Shown here: positions 30,180-39,629 of the stretch, one piece after another
Layout: the number at the start of each line of letters is the position of its first letter
How positions within the stretch are numbered: position 1 is the stretch's first letter
NCBI GenBank assembly: GCA_963758715.1
Contig: CAVWWK010000006.1
Coordinates: 72,597-136,596, forward strand
Source: an uncultured Actinomycetes bacterium
GTDB taxonomy: Bacteria > Actinomycetota > UBA4738 > HRBIN12
Length of the DNA: 64,000 nt
Reading direction: 5' to 3'
The notes under the pieces: generated by a model
What the model was told of the DNA's origin: nothing
Seen by the model: the letters and a program-made list of their open reading frames with translations, nothing else
Databases searched by the model: none
Made by a program: the position numbers and the translations under genes

Positions 30180-30959
30180 CTAGCCCCCGAGCAGGGCGAT
30201 CGCTTCGTTCGCCCCGTACGCGACGGCCACGACCAGCAGGAACGAGCCGACCAGCAGTCGAAGGGTCCGTTCGCGTGTGCCCAGCGCGAGGCGGGCGCCG
30301 ACCCAGGCGCCGGGCACGGCACCCAGGGTCACGACTCCCACGATCGCCCAGTCGATGTGGCCCAGGGCCGCGTGAACGACGGTTCCCGGGATCACGAGCG
30401 GCACGATGGCCAGCAGGGACGTGCCGAGCGCGCGCTTGAGGGGCATGCCGAGCCACCCCGCCAGCAGCGGCACCATGACCAACCCACCCCCGATGCCCAG
30501 CAGTCCGCTCACGAACCCGGCCGCGAGTCCGATCCCCATGAACACCGCCGGCGTCGCTGCCATGCGCGTCTTCGGATCCACGCTCGCCCGCCTCCGCGCG
30601 CCCCTGAGGATGCCGAAGGCCTGCCACGCGAGGAGGGCGGCCGTGACGACCAGCAGGAGGTGGGTGTCCACGACGTCGGTCAACGCTGCGCCCGCTATCG
30701 ATCCGCCGATGCCGGGACCGACCATCCACGCGACCGCGTGCACATCGACCTCGCCCGCCCTGCGATACGTCATGGCGCCCGTCAACGCGGTCGGCAGGAT
30801 CACCGGGAGCGGGGTCGCGAGCGCGATGATGGGGGTCGTGCCCAGCAGCACCTGGATGCCGGGCGTCATCACGATGCCGCCTCCCACGCCGAACAGGCCC
30901 GAGAGCACGCCCGCCGCCAGGCCGATCGCGATCCCGACGATGGCCTCGAGAAGCGTCAT
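30180..30959 (-). CDS. TauE/SafE-family sulfite/anion exporter
   Basis: An inner ATG at 30959 (ATGA overlap with the NUDIX stop) gives MTLLEAIVGIAIGLAAGVLSGLFGVGGGIVMTPGIQVLLG... and a second repeat ...GLLGIGGGLVMVPLL. Confidence 0.85.
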   Translation of the reverse strand: MTLLEAIVGIAIGLAAGVLSGLFGVGGGIVMTPGIQVLLGTTPIIALATPLPVILPTALTGAMTYRRAGEVDVHAVAWMVGPGIGGSIAGAALTDVVDTHLLLVVTAALLAWQAFGILRGARRRASVDPKTRMAATPAVFMGIGLAAGFVSGLLGIGGGLVMVPLLAGWLGMPLKRALGTSLLAIVPLVIPGTVVHAALGHIDWAIVGVVTLGAVPGAWVGARLALGTRERTLRLLVGSFLLVVAVAYGANEAIALLGG

Positions 30960-31585
30960 CGGAGCAGGTCGGCGGCGCGCCCGAGCACCTCGCGCTCGCC
31001 GCGGTAGGCGGCGCGCTTCAGGGCGCGTTCGAGCGGGAACCACCGCACCTCTTCCATCTCGTCGTCACGATCGCCCGGGTCGCCCCCCGTGCATCGCATC
31101 AAGAAGAAGTGCACGGTCTTGCGGATCCGGGTCTCCTCCCAGACGTAGAAGTACTTCGTGTCGCCGAGCGAGGCCTCGATGACCGCCTGGTAACCGGTCT
31201 CCTCGCGCACCTCTCGGACGGCTGCGTCCTCGAACGACTCACCTTCCTCGATGCCGCCCTTCGCCAGGCCCCAAGCCAGATCCCCGCGACGGGTTCGTCG
31301 CGATGCCAGGACCACCTCGATCCTGTCGCCGTCACGGCGGTAGACGACCCCTCCCGAAGACACCTCCCGCTGGACCGGCGTGCGTCGGGTCGCGCGCTTC
31401 TTCTTCGCGGCCTTCTCGTGGCCCGGCTTCCTACCGCCGTGCTTCGCGGTTCCGGTGGCCGGCGGCTGTGGGGTCGGCTGCTGTGAACGTGACTCCTGGG
31501 TCTGCCCGCTGGGCGGACGTTTGCGCCGACGCCGGCGCTTCCTGCGTTTGGGCCCACCGTTTCCCGGCTGATCGTCGTCGGTCAT
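30956..31585 (-). CDS. NUDIX hydrolase with a basic N-terminal extension (MutT4/Rv3908 position)
   Basis: Nudix box GLAKGGIEEGESFEDAAVREVREETGY. The N-terminus is Arg/Lys-rich: KRRKRRRRRKRPP. Confidence 0.85.
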   Translation of the reverse strand: MTDDDQPGNGGPKRRKRRRRRKRPPSGQTQESRSQQPTPQPPATGTAKHGGRKPGHEKAAKKKRATRRTPVQREVSSGGVVYRRDGDRIEVVLASRRTRRGDLAWGLAKGGIEEGESFEDAAVREVREETGYQAVIEASLGDTKYFYVWEETRIRKTVHFFLMRCTGGDPGDRDDEMEEVRWFPLERALKRAAYRGEREVLGRAADLLR

Positions 31586-31593
31586 CGCAGGGG

Positions 31594-31599
31594 ATTGTA
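31594..31599 (-). promoter_or_regulatory. Candidate -10 hexamer TACAAT giving a leaderless or near-leaderless NUDIX mRNA
   Basis: The minus strand reads cgccTACAATcccctgcgATG. The hexamer ends 8 nt before ATG 31585 and there is no SD. Confidence 0.35.
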
Positions 31600-31708
31600 G
31601 GCGGGAGCATCATGCCGAAAAGCGCTTAGGTGCCACCGGGGGACGGCCGATGGATGGTCAGGTTCGCCGAACGGCGGCGTGCCGGTAGGGAAGGGACCCG
31701 GTCTGGGT

Positions 31709-32816
31709 ATGGAGATCGACGAGTTGCTCCGGTTCGCGGTGGAACGTGGCGCCAGCGACCTTCACCTCAAGGTGGGCAACGTTCCGTTCATCCGGGTCGA
31801 CGGTGCGCTGCACGCCCACCGAGTTCGACGTGCTCACGCCGACGGACACGGAGGCCTACGCCGCCCAGCTGATGTCGGACCACAAGAAGCGCGAGTTCGA
31901 GGCCACCAGCGAGGCCGACCTCGGGACGACGCTCAAGGGCGTCGGGCGGTTCCGGGTGAACGTCTTCAGGCAGCGAGGCGTCGTGGGCCTGGCGATCCGG
32001 CGTGTGCGGAGCGAGGTGCCGACCTTCGAGGAGCTGCGCCTCCCCGGCGTGATGGAGACCCTCGCGGATTCCCCCCGCGGACTCGTGCTGATCACCGGGC
32101 CGACCGGCACCGGCAAGACCACGACGATCGCCTCCATGATCGGGCACATCAACCGGTCCCGTCGCACGCACATCGTGACGATCGAGGACCCGATCGAGGT
32201 GGTGCACGACGACATCCTCTCGATCATCCAGCAGCGTGAGATCGGCATCGACACCGATTCCTACGCGAACGCGCTCAAGCACGTGATCCGGCAGGATCCC
32301 GACGTGATCTTCGTGGGTGAGATCCGCGACGGCGACTCGGCGTTGTCGGCGATCCAGGCCGCCGAAACCGGTCACCTGGTGATCTCGACACTGCACACGA
32401 TCGACTGCATGGAGACGATCAACCGGATCCTGGACCTGTTCCCGCCGCACCAGCAGAAGGAGGTGCGCACGTCGTTCGCCGGCTCGCTGCGCGGCATCGT
32501 GTCGCAGCGACTCGTCGTGAAGGCGGACGGGAAGGGTCGCGTGCCGGCGGTGGAGGTGCTGGTGAACACCGGTCGCGTGTTCGACCGGATCGTCGACCCC
32601 GCCACGACCGACCAGATCGTCGACGTGATCGCCGAGGGCGAGTTCTACGGGATGCAGACCTTCGACCAGTCACTCGTGAAGCTGGTGAGGGAGGGGCTAG
32701 TGACCGAGGACGACGCCCGGCGCGCGGCGACCAATCCTCACGACTTCGACCTGCAGATCCGTGGCGTGCTGGACCGCGGGTCCACGATGGCCGAATCCGA
32801 GGGTCTGCCCTTCTAA
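31709..32816 (+). CDS. pilT: Type IV pilus twitching-motility ATPase PilT, with one frame break near 31810-31820
   Basis: MEIDELLRFAVERGASDLHLKVGNVPFIRVDGALH (frame of track 31679..) shifts to PTEFDVLTPTDTEAYAAQLM...LITGPTGTGKTTT (Walker A)...VIFVGEIRD...GHLVISTLHT (track 31746..32816). Confidence 0.85.
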
Positions 32817-33202
32817 CGCTTGCGCGACTTCCGGGGCGGCGGCTCGCGTTCCCCGGCCGCGATCTGCGCCCGCACCTCCATAGGGTGCCGGCGATAGCCG
32901 AAGCCGATCGCGAGCAGGAAGTACACCGGGATGAAGAGCGGGCCCCACGCCTCGTACTGACGGATGTGGTGCAGCTCGTGCGCGAGGAGCGTGCCGGTCA
33001 AGGGCCTGGCCGACAGGATCACGAACCCCACCGTCATGGCCGAACGGTTCAGCCGGGGCATCAGGGCGGTGAGCCCTCGCGGCGTCCGGTCGAACAGGAG
33101 GGCGCCGTGGCCGACGCGCGGCCATTGGAAGGTGAGGAGCCCCAACACGAGGCCGATCACCGTATTCGGCGAGGTCCAGATGAACCCGAGCCAGATGGGC
33201 AT
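32813..33202 (-). CDS. Small membrane protein with a zincin-like HExxH motif
   Basis: 129 aa: MPIWLGFIWTSPNTVIGLVLGLL...LLAHELHHIRQYEAWGPLFIPVYFLLAIGFGY. Its stop overlaps the pilT stop convergently. Confidence 0.55.
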   Translation of the reverse strand: MPIWLGFIWTSPNTVIGLVLGLLTFQWPRVGHGALLFDRTPRGLTALMPRLNRSAMTVGFVILSARPLTGTLLAHELHHIRQYEAWGPLFIPVYFLLAIGFGYRRHPMEVRAQIAAGEREPPPRKSRKR

Positions 33203-33251
33203 GCGTGGACGCTACCGCGGCCCGAGACCCGGCCGTGGTTATGCTCGCGTG

Positions 33252-34643
33252 ATGACCGAACCCGGCGCGCCCGGCGCCGTCCTCGACGTCCCCGCCCTCG
33301 CCAAGGACCTCGGCGAGCGATTCGTCGCGGCAGGGCACGAGCTCTACCTCGTGGGTGGATCGGTTCGGGACATGGTGCTCGCTCGCCCTTCCCCCGATCT
33401 CGACTTCACGACCAGCGCGCATCCCACGCAGACCACGACCCTTCTCCGCGGGTGGGCGGACCGTCAGTACCTGGTGGGCGTGCGGTTCGGCACGGTCGGA
33501 GCGATGAAGGACGGACAACGGTTGGAGATCACCACGTTCCGCCAGGAGGTGTACGCCGAGGAGCACCGCAAGCCGTCGGTCACCTTCGGCAAGGACGTCG
33601 GCACCGACCTGTCGCGGCGCGACTTCACGATCAACGCGATGGCCGTCAAGCTCCCCGAGGGCACGTTCGTCGATCCCTACGGAGGAGTGCGACACCTCGC
33701 CGCGCGCGCGTTGGACACGCCGCTCGATCCCGAGACCGCGTTCGGCGACGACCCGCTCCGCATGGTGCGTGCCGCGCGGTTCGTGGCCCAGCTGGACGTG
33801 ACACCTTCGCCGCGGGTCGTGGAGGCGATGCGGGCGATGCGGGAGCGGCTGTCGATCGTCTCCTCCGAACGGATCCGCGACGAGCTCGACAAACTCCTGG
33901 TGGCGTCGCGCCCCGCGAAGGGACTCGAGCTCCTGGTCGACACGGGAGTCGCGGACGGGTTCCTGCCGGAGCTCGCCGCGATGCGGTTGGAACAGGATCC
34001 CGTCCATCGCCACAAGGACGTGCTGCATCACACGTTCGCGGTGGTCGAGCGCACCGAGCCCGACCTCACGCTGCGGATCGCGGCGCTGCTGCACGATGCG
34101 GGCAAGCCGGCGACCCGCGAGATCACCGGCGAGGGCGTGCAGTTCCATCACCACGAGGTGGTCGGCGCGCGCATGGCCGAGAAGCGCATGCGTGAGCTCC
34201 GCTATCCGAACGCGATGATCGAGGAAGTGCGGACCCTGGTGGAGATGCACCTGCGGTTCCATGGCTACGGCGAGGGTTGGAGCGACTCGGCGGTCCGTCG
34301 CTACGTGCGGGACGCCGGTCCGCTGCTCGACCGGCTGAACCAGCTCACCCGCGCGGACTGCACCACGCGGAACGAGAACAGGGCCGCGCGGTTCGCGCGG
34401 CTGCAGGACGAGTTGGAAGGACGGATCGCGCAGCTCGCCGAGCAGGAGAACCTGGATGCCCTCCGGCCGCCGCTCGATGGCGCCCAGGTCATGGCGCGCC
34501 TAGGCATCGAGCCAGGCCCCGCCGTGGGCGAGGCGCTGCGCCACCTCATGGAGCTGCGCCTGGAACGCGGCCCGATCGAGGAGTCGCAGGCCTATGACCT
34601 TCTCGATGCTTGGGCGGCCGACCGCGGTCTCACGCACGGATGA
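33252..34643 (+). CDS. cca: CCA-adding tRNA nucleotidyltransferase / poly(A) polymerase family with an HD domain (PcnA position)
   Basis: ...LYLVGGSVRDMVLARPSPDLDFTT...RRDFTINAMAV...DPLRMVRAARFVAQL...HRHKDVLHHTFAVV...LLHDAGKP. Starts at an inner ATG of track ORF 32964..34643. Confidence 0.88.
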   Translation: MTEPGAPGAVLDVPALAKDLGERFVAAGHELYLVGGSVRDMVLARPSPDLDFTTSAHPTQTTTLLRGWADRQYLVGVRFGTVGAMKDGQRLEITTFRQEVYAEEHRKPSVTFGKDVGTDLSRRDFTINAMAVKLPEGTFVDPYGGVRHLAARALDTPLDPETAFGDDPLRMVRAARFVAQLDVTPSPRVVEAMRAMRERLSIVSSERIRDELDKLLVASRPAKGLELLVDTGVADGFLPELAAMRLEQDPVHRHKDVLHHTFAVVERTEPDLTLRIAALLHDAGKPATREITGEGVQFHHHEVVGARMAEKRMRELRYPNAMIEEVRTLVEMHLRFHGYGEGWSDSAVRRYVRDAGPLLDRLNQLTRADCTTRNENRAARFARLQDELEGRIAQLAEQENLDALRPPLDGAQVMARLGIEPGPAVGEALRHLMELRLERGPIEESQAYDLLDAWAADRGLTHG

Positions 34644-37012
34644 CAGACACCATCGAGATCGACGCGGATCGGGGACTCTCCGCCGAGCAGGTCGCCGAGC
34701 GGATAGCCCGCGGCGACCTGAACGACGTCCCTTCGGTCCCCACTCGCACGGTGGCGCAGATCGTGCGGGGCAACATCTTCACGCGATTCAACGCGATCCT
34801 GGGCGCGATGCTCGCGATCATCCTGGTGGTCGGCCCGCTCCAGGATGCGCTGTTCGGGTTCGTGCTGATCGCGAACGCCGCGATCGGCATCGTGCAGGAG
34901 CTCCGGGCGAAGCGAACACTCGACCGGTTGACGGTCCTCACCGCCCCGAAGGCGCGGGTGGTACGCGGCGGCCAGGTGCACGAGGTCTCGGTGGGGGACG
35001 TCGTGCTCGACGATGTGCTCGACGCGGCCGCCGGGGCCGAGATCGTCGTCGACGGCGTGGTCCTGTCGAGCGCGAGCATGGAGGTCGACGAGTCGCTCCT
35101 GACCGGGGAATCCGACCCCGTCGTCAAGGCGGCGGGGGACCAGGTGCTGTCCGGCTCGTTCGTGGTGGCGGGTTCGGGCCGGTATCGCGCGAGCAAGGTG
35201 GGCAAGGAGGCCTACGCCGTGCAGCTCGCCCAGGACGCGCGCAGGTTCACCCTCACCCGGTCGGAGCTGCGCGGCGGGATCGATCGCATCCTCACCTACG
35301 TCACCTTCGCGATCGTGCCGACGGCGGTGCTGTTGTTCGTCTCGCAGCTGCGCGCCTCCGACGGTGGTTGGCGCGACGCAGTGTCCGGGGCGGTGGCGGG
35401 CACCGTGGCGATGGTGCCCGAAGGCCTGGTGCTGCTGACCTCGCTGGCGTTCGCCGTTGCGGTCGTCCGCCTCGCGCGTCAGCGGGTGCTGGTTCAGGAG
35501 CTGCCGGCCGTGGAGGGCCTCGCGCGCATCGACATCCTATGCATCGACAAGACGGGAACCTTGACGCAGGGGAAGCTGGCGGTCGAAGCTGTCGACCTCG
35601 TGGCGACGAACGAGGACTCGGTCGCCACCGACGCCCTCGCGGCGATCGCCGCAGCCGACACCGCCCCCAACGCCACCATGCTGGCGATCCGGGATCGGTT
35701 CGACGCCGCTCCGGACTGGCCAGTAGGGACCGTCGTGCCGTTCTCGAGCGCGAGGAAATGGAGCGGCGCATCGTTCGACGGGCAAGGCGCGTGGCTCCTG
35801 GGCGCGCCGGACGTGCTCCTCGCATCCGCCGACGGGCACGGGGACGTGCTCGGTCGGGTCGAGGACCTGTCGCACGAGGGCAAGCGGGTCGTGCTCCTGG
35901 CGCGGGGAACGGCGCTCGCTGACGAGTCGCTTCCCGCCGATCTCGAGCCCGTCGCGTTGGTCATCCTGGCGGATCAACCGCGCCCCGACGCGGCCGACAC
36001 CCTGCGGTACTTCCGCGAGCAGGACGTGACCGTGAAGGTGATCTCCGGCGACGACCCGCGCACGGTAGGGGCGATCGCGCGGCAGCTCGGGTTGCCCGAC
36101 GCCGAGGAACCGGTCGATGCGCGGAACCTGACGGAGGATCCCGACGAGCTCGCGGGGGAGCTGGAGAGCCATGGGGTCTTCGGAAGGGTCACGCCGCAGC
36201 AGAAGCGGGCGATGGTCAAGGCCCTGCAGGCGCACGGGCACACGGTCGCGATGACCGGCGACGGCGTGAACGACGCGCTCGCCCTGAAGGACGCCGACAT
36301 CGGCGTGGCTATGGGGTCGGGGAGCGACGCGACCCGCGCCGTCGCGCAGCTGGTGTTGCTGGACTCCAACTTCGACGCGCTGCCGCCCGTTGTGGGCGAG
36401 GGACGGCGGGTGCTGGGCAACATCGAGCGCACGAGCGGCCTCTACCTGAACAAGACCGTCTACGCCATGCTGATCTCGCTCGCGACGGGGGTTGCAGGGT
36501 TCGTGTTCCCGTTCCTGCCCCGACACCTCACGTTGATCGGGTCGCTCACGATCGGCATCCCGTCGTTCTTCCTGGCCCTCGCGCCCAACACCGAGCGGTT
36601 CCGCCCCGGGTTCGTGGAACGCGTGCTCCGGTTCGCGATCCCGACGGGAACCCTGGCGGCGATCGCCACCCTGGCTGCCTACCGGCTGGCCGCGAACGAG
36701 CCCGGCGTCACGCTCCAGGAGGCGCAGACGACCGCGGTCATGGTGTTGACCTGGATCGGGTTCCTGGTGTTGTCGATCCTGGCGGCGCCGCTCACCCGGG
36801 CGCGGTTGGCGTTGATCTGGGGCATGGCGGGGCTGTTCGTGATCGCCTTGGTATGGCCCCCGAGCGCCCGGTTCTTCGCGCTCGACGACCCTCCCGTCAT
36901 CGTGTGGCTCGCCGGCTTCGGCATCGCGGCGATCGTGTGGTCGTTCGCGCGGCTGTTCGTGCCCGGCGAGCAGCCTGTGGGCCCGCGCAACCGCGCCGTT
37001 CCCCGCCGCTAG
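34640..37012 (+). CDS. Cation-translocating P-type ATPase (P2-like, PEGL motif)
   Basis: ATG 34640 overlaps the cca stop (ATGA). TGESDPV, MVPEGL, CIDKTGTLTQG, MTGDGVNDALALKDADIGVAMGSGSD. The substrate cannot be assigned from sequence alone. Confidence 0.9.
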   Translation: MTDTIEIDADRGLSAEQVAERIARGDLNDVPSVPTRTVAQIVRGNIFTRFNAILGAMLAIILVVGPLQDALFGFVLIANAAIGIVQELRAKRTLDRLTVLTAPKARVVRGGQVHEVSVGDVVLDDVLDAAAGAEIVVDGVVLSSASMEVDESLLTGESDPVVKAAGDQVLSGSFVVAGSGRYRASKVGKEAYAVQLAQDARRFTLTRSELRGGIDRILTYVTFAIVPTAVLLFVSQLRASDGGWRDAVSGAVAGTVAMVPEGLVLLTSLAFAVAVVRLARQRVLVQELPAVEGLARIDILCIDKTGTLTQGKLAVEAVDLVATNEDSVATDALAAIAAADTAPNATMLAIRDRFDAAPDWPVGTVVPFSSARKWSGASFDGQGAWLLGAPDVLLASADGHGDVLGRVEDLSHEGKRVVLLARGTALADESLPADLEPVALVILADQPRPDAADTLRYFREQDVTVKVISGDDPRTVGAIARQLGLPDAEEPVDARNLTEDPDELAGELESHGVFGRVTPQQKRAMVKALQAHGHTVAMTGDGVNDALALKDADIGVAMGSGSDATRAVAQLVLLDSNFDALPPVVGEGRRVLGNIERTSGLYLNKTVYAMLISLATGVAGFVFPFLPRHLTLIGSLTIGIPSFFLALAPNTERFRPGFVERVLRFAIPTGTLAAIATLAAYRLAANEPGVTLQEAQTTAVMVLTWIGFLVLSILAAPLTRARLALIWGMAGLFVIALVWPPSARFFALDDPPVIVWLAGFGIAAIVWSFARLFVPGEQPVGPRNRAVPRR

Positions 37013-37023
37013 TCCGTGATGGA

Positions 37024-37719
37024 CTAGTCGATGCCCAGGTCGAGCCTGGAGGGCGGCCAGATCGCGACCTCGGCCTTCCCTATCACCTTGTCGATGGGGA
37101 TGAAGCCGACACCGCCAGACGCCTTCGTGGAGATGCCTAGCCCGAACCGCGAGTCCTCGGAGTTGGCGCGATTGTCGCCCAGCACGAAGAGCATGCCGTC
37201 AGGCACCTTGACCTTCTTGAAGTCGGCCGTCTGCTGCTTGAGGTAGGGCTCGTCGATCGCGACGCCGTCGACGTAGACCTGCCCTCCTTCCGCCCAGACC
37301 GATTCGCCGGGAAGGCCGATCACGCGCTTGATGAAGTCCTCGTTGTCCGGGCGCTGGACCCCCAGGCCCTCGAACATCCAATGGAAGAACCCGCCGATCA
37401 TGCCCCGATCGGGCCCGTTGGTGGCGTCGGGATCCTCGAACACGATGACGTCGCCACGACGCGGGTCATGGAAGTAGTACGGAACCTTCAGCACCAGCAC
37501 ACGATCGCCGGGCCTCAGGGTCGGCTCCATCGACCCCGTGGGGATGTAGAACGCCTGAACGAAGAACGTCTTGATCAGCAGGGCCAGGACGAAGGCCATG
37601 ATGATCAGCCCGGGCAGCTCCCCCAGGAACTGCAGGACGGGGTTCTTGTGCTTCGTGGGTTCGGGGTCGTTGGGGCCGGGCTCGGGAGCCTCGAGCGACT
37701 CCCGCTCGGATGTCTTCAC
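37024..37719 (-). CDS. lepB: Signal peptidase I
   Basis: ...FYIPTGSMEPTLRPGDRVLV...GDVIVF...IKRVIGLPGE...VLGDNRANSEDSR. GTG 37719 overlaps the modC stop (GTGA). Confidence 0.9.
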   Translation of the reverse strand: MKTSERESLEAPEPGPNDPEPTKHKNPVLQFLGELPGLIIMAFVLALLIKTFFVQAFYIPTGSMEPTLRPGDRVLVLKVPYYFHDPRRGDVIVFEDPDATNGPDRGMIGGFFHWMFEGLGVQRPDNEDFIKRVIGLPGESVWAEGGQVYVDGVAIDEPYLKQQTADFKKVKVPDGMLFVLGDNRANSEDSRFGLGISTKASGGVGFIPIDKVIGKAEVAIWPPSRLDLGID

Positions 37720-38819
37720 GCGCTCAGGTTACCGGCTGGCGGCGGACTGTCGTCGGCGTGCTCGACCTGCAACGAGACCTCCACGGCCTTGAAGCTGGCC
37801 CAGACCTCGGCGCTCACGCGCAGTCCCATGCGCGTCGCCGAGCCTGCCGTGATCTCGGCCGTCAGCGGAGGACGGGTCACGACCCTGATCCTGGCGCGTT
37901 CACCGTCGACGGCGATCTCACCGATCGCGCCGCGGAACACGTTGCGCGCCGATCCCTCCGGTTCGGCGGCGTGCAGCGACACATCGCTTGGCTTGATGCT
38001 GGCGAGCGCCCGGTCGCCGTGCTCGACGGGACCGGTAGGAGCCACGGTGATGTCGCCTCCCTCGGCGTGAAGAGTCGCCGCGCCGTCATCGAGCGGCTCC
38101 AACACGCCGGCGAGCAGGTTCACGCCGACCAGGTCGGCGGCGTACGCCGAGCGGGGCGCTGTGCGGATCTGCTCGGGCGTGCCGGTCTGGGTCTGGCGCC
38201 CGTCGTCGAGCAGCGTGACGCGGTCGGCAAGGGTGAGCGCGTCCAGCGGGTCGTGCGCGATCAAGATCGTGGCCCCGCCGAAGGTTCGCGCCACCTCGCG
38301 CACGAGCGCCCGCAGCCCGGGGCGCGCCGAGACGTCCACGCTGGAGAACGGCTCGTCCAGCACGAGCAGACGGGGTTCGGGCGCCAGCGCCCTCGCCAAT
38401 GCGACGCGCTGGCGTTGTCCTCCCGACAGCGACGCCGGGCGCCGCGCCGGGATCGACCTGCGGAGCGAGCTTCCCGAGGAGCTCGGTCGGCGCGACGGCG
38501 GGCCTCGGCCTTCGCGACGCCGCGCGCCCGGAGGGGGAACGCGACGTTCTCCAACGTCGAGAGCCGGGGGAACAGCAGGTCGTCCTGGAAGCACACGCCG
38601 ATCGGGCGTTCCTCGGGGGGAAGATGATCGATCCGTTCGCCGCCGAGCTCGATCGATCCCTTGCGCGACGGCGAGCGTGCCCGTGAGCGCGTCGACGACC
38701 GTCGACTTGCCGGCGCCGTTGGGCCCGAGCAGCCCGAGGGTCTCGCCGTCGGCGACGTCGAGCGCGATCGCGAGCTCGAAGGCGTCACGGCGGGCGGTGA
38801 AGTCTGCGTGCAGGCTCAC
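37716..38819 (-). pseudogene. modC: Molybdate ABC transporter ATPase ModC with a C-terminal TOBE domain; needs 2-3 frame changes between ~38400 and ~38690
   Basis: Frame A: MSLHADFTARRDAFELAIALDVADGETLGLLGPNGAGKSTVVDALTG. Frame B (track 38261..38788): GSIELGGERIDHLPPEERPIGVCFQDDLLFPRLSTLENVAFPLRARGVAKAEARRRAD. Frame C: ELLGKLA. Back in frame A: IPARRPASLSGGQRQRVALARALAPEPRLLVLDEPFSSVD...TOBE. Confidence 0.85.
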
Positions 38820-39622
38820 GCCAGCATCCTGCCAGGGTTCAGCGAGCCTGGATGATGCGACCGCGCCATAACGACGAGCACGCCGACCGACAGCGCCACC
38901 AACACCAAGGACAGGAAGATGGCCCCGCCAGGGTCGGTGTTGCGGGCCTCATAGACCGCCAGCGGCAGGGTCTGAGTACGTCCGGCCAGGTTGCCGGCGA
39001 ACGTGATCGTGGCGCCGAACTCGCCCAAGGCCCTCGCCCACGCGAGCACGGCGCCCGCGACGAGCTGCGGACCGAGCATCGGCAGGACGATGCGACGGAT
39101 CGAGTACCGGGGGCTTGCTCCCAACGCCGCCGCCGCCCGTTCGTACCGCTGGTCGATCGATCGTAACCCCGATTCGGTGGCAAGCACCATGAGCGGCATC
39201 GCGACGAACGTGGTGGCGGCGATCGCGCCCCAGACCGTGAACGTGAGCTGGATCCCCAGCCCTTCGTAGAGCCAGCGCCCCACGACGCCACCGCGCCCCA
39301 GCGCCGCGAGCAGACCGATGCCGCCGACCACGGGGGGAAGGACCAAGGGGAGCACGACGACCGCCCGCAGCACCGACCGCCCCGGGAACTCCGTTCGGGC
39401 CAGGACCCACGCGATCGGCACGCCCAACAGGATCGACAAGCCGGTCGCGGCTACCGACACGACGATCGAGAGGCGAAGCGCGGAGCTCGCCCCCACTCCG
39501 GTGAGCGCCGTCTCGAGATCCCCCCACGGGGCACGGATCAGCAGGGCTACCAACGGCAGCGCCACGAAGATCGAGCCGATGCCCGCCAGGATCCACAGGG
39601 GAAGGGGGAGCCGCGCGCGCAT
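38816..39622 (-). CDS. modB: Molybdate ABC transporter permease
   Basis: 268 aa, multi-TM: ...FPGRSVLRAVVVLPLVLPPVVGGIGLL...EAAAALGASP.... Confidence 0.9.
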   Translation of the reverse strand: MRARLPLPLWILAGIGSIFVALPLVALLIRAPWGDLETALTGVGASSALRLSIVVSVAATGLSILLGVPIAWVLARTEFPGRSVLRAVVVLPLVLPPVVGGIGLLAALGRGGVVGRWLYEGLGIQLTFTVWGAIAATTFVAMPLMVLATESGLRSIDQRYERAAAALGASPRYSIRRIVLPMLGPQLVAGAVLAWARALGEFGATITFAGNLAGRTQTLPLAVYEARNTDPGGAIFLSLVLVALSVGVLVVMARSHHPGSLNPGRMLA

Positions 39623-39629
39623 CGTGGCG

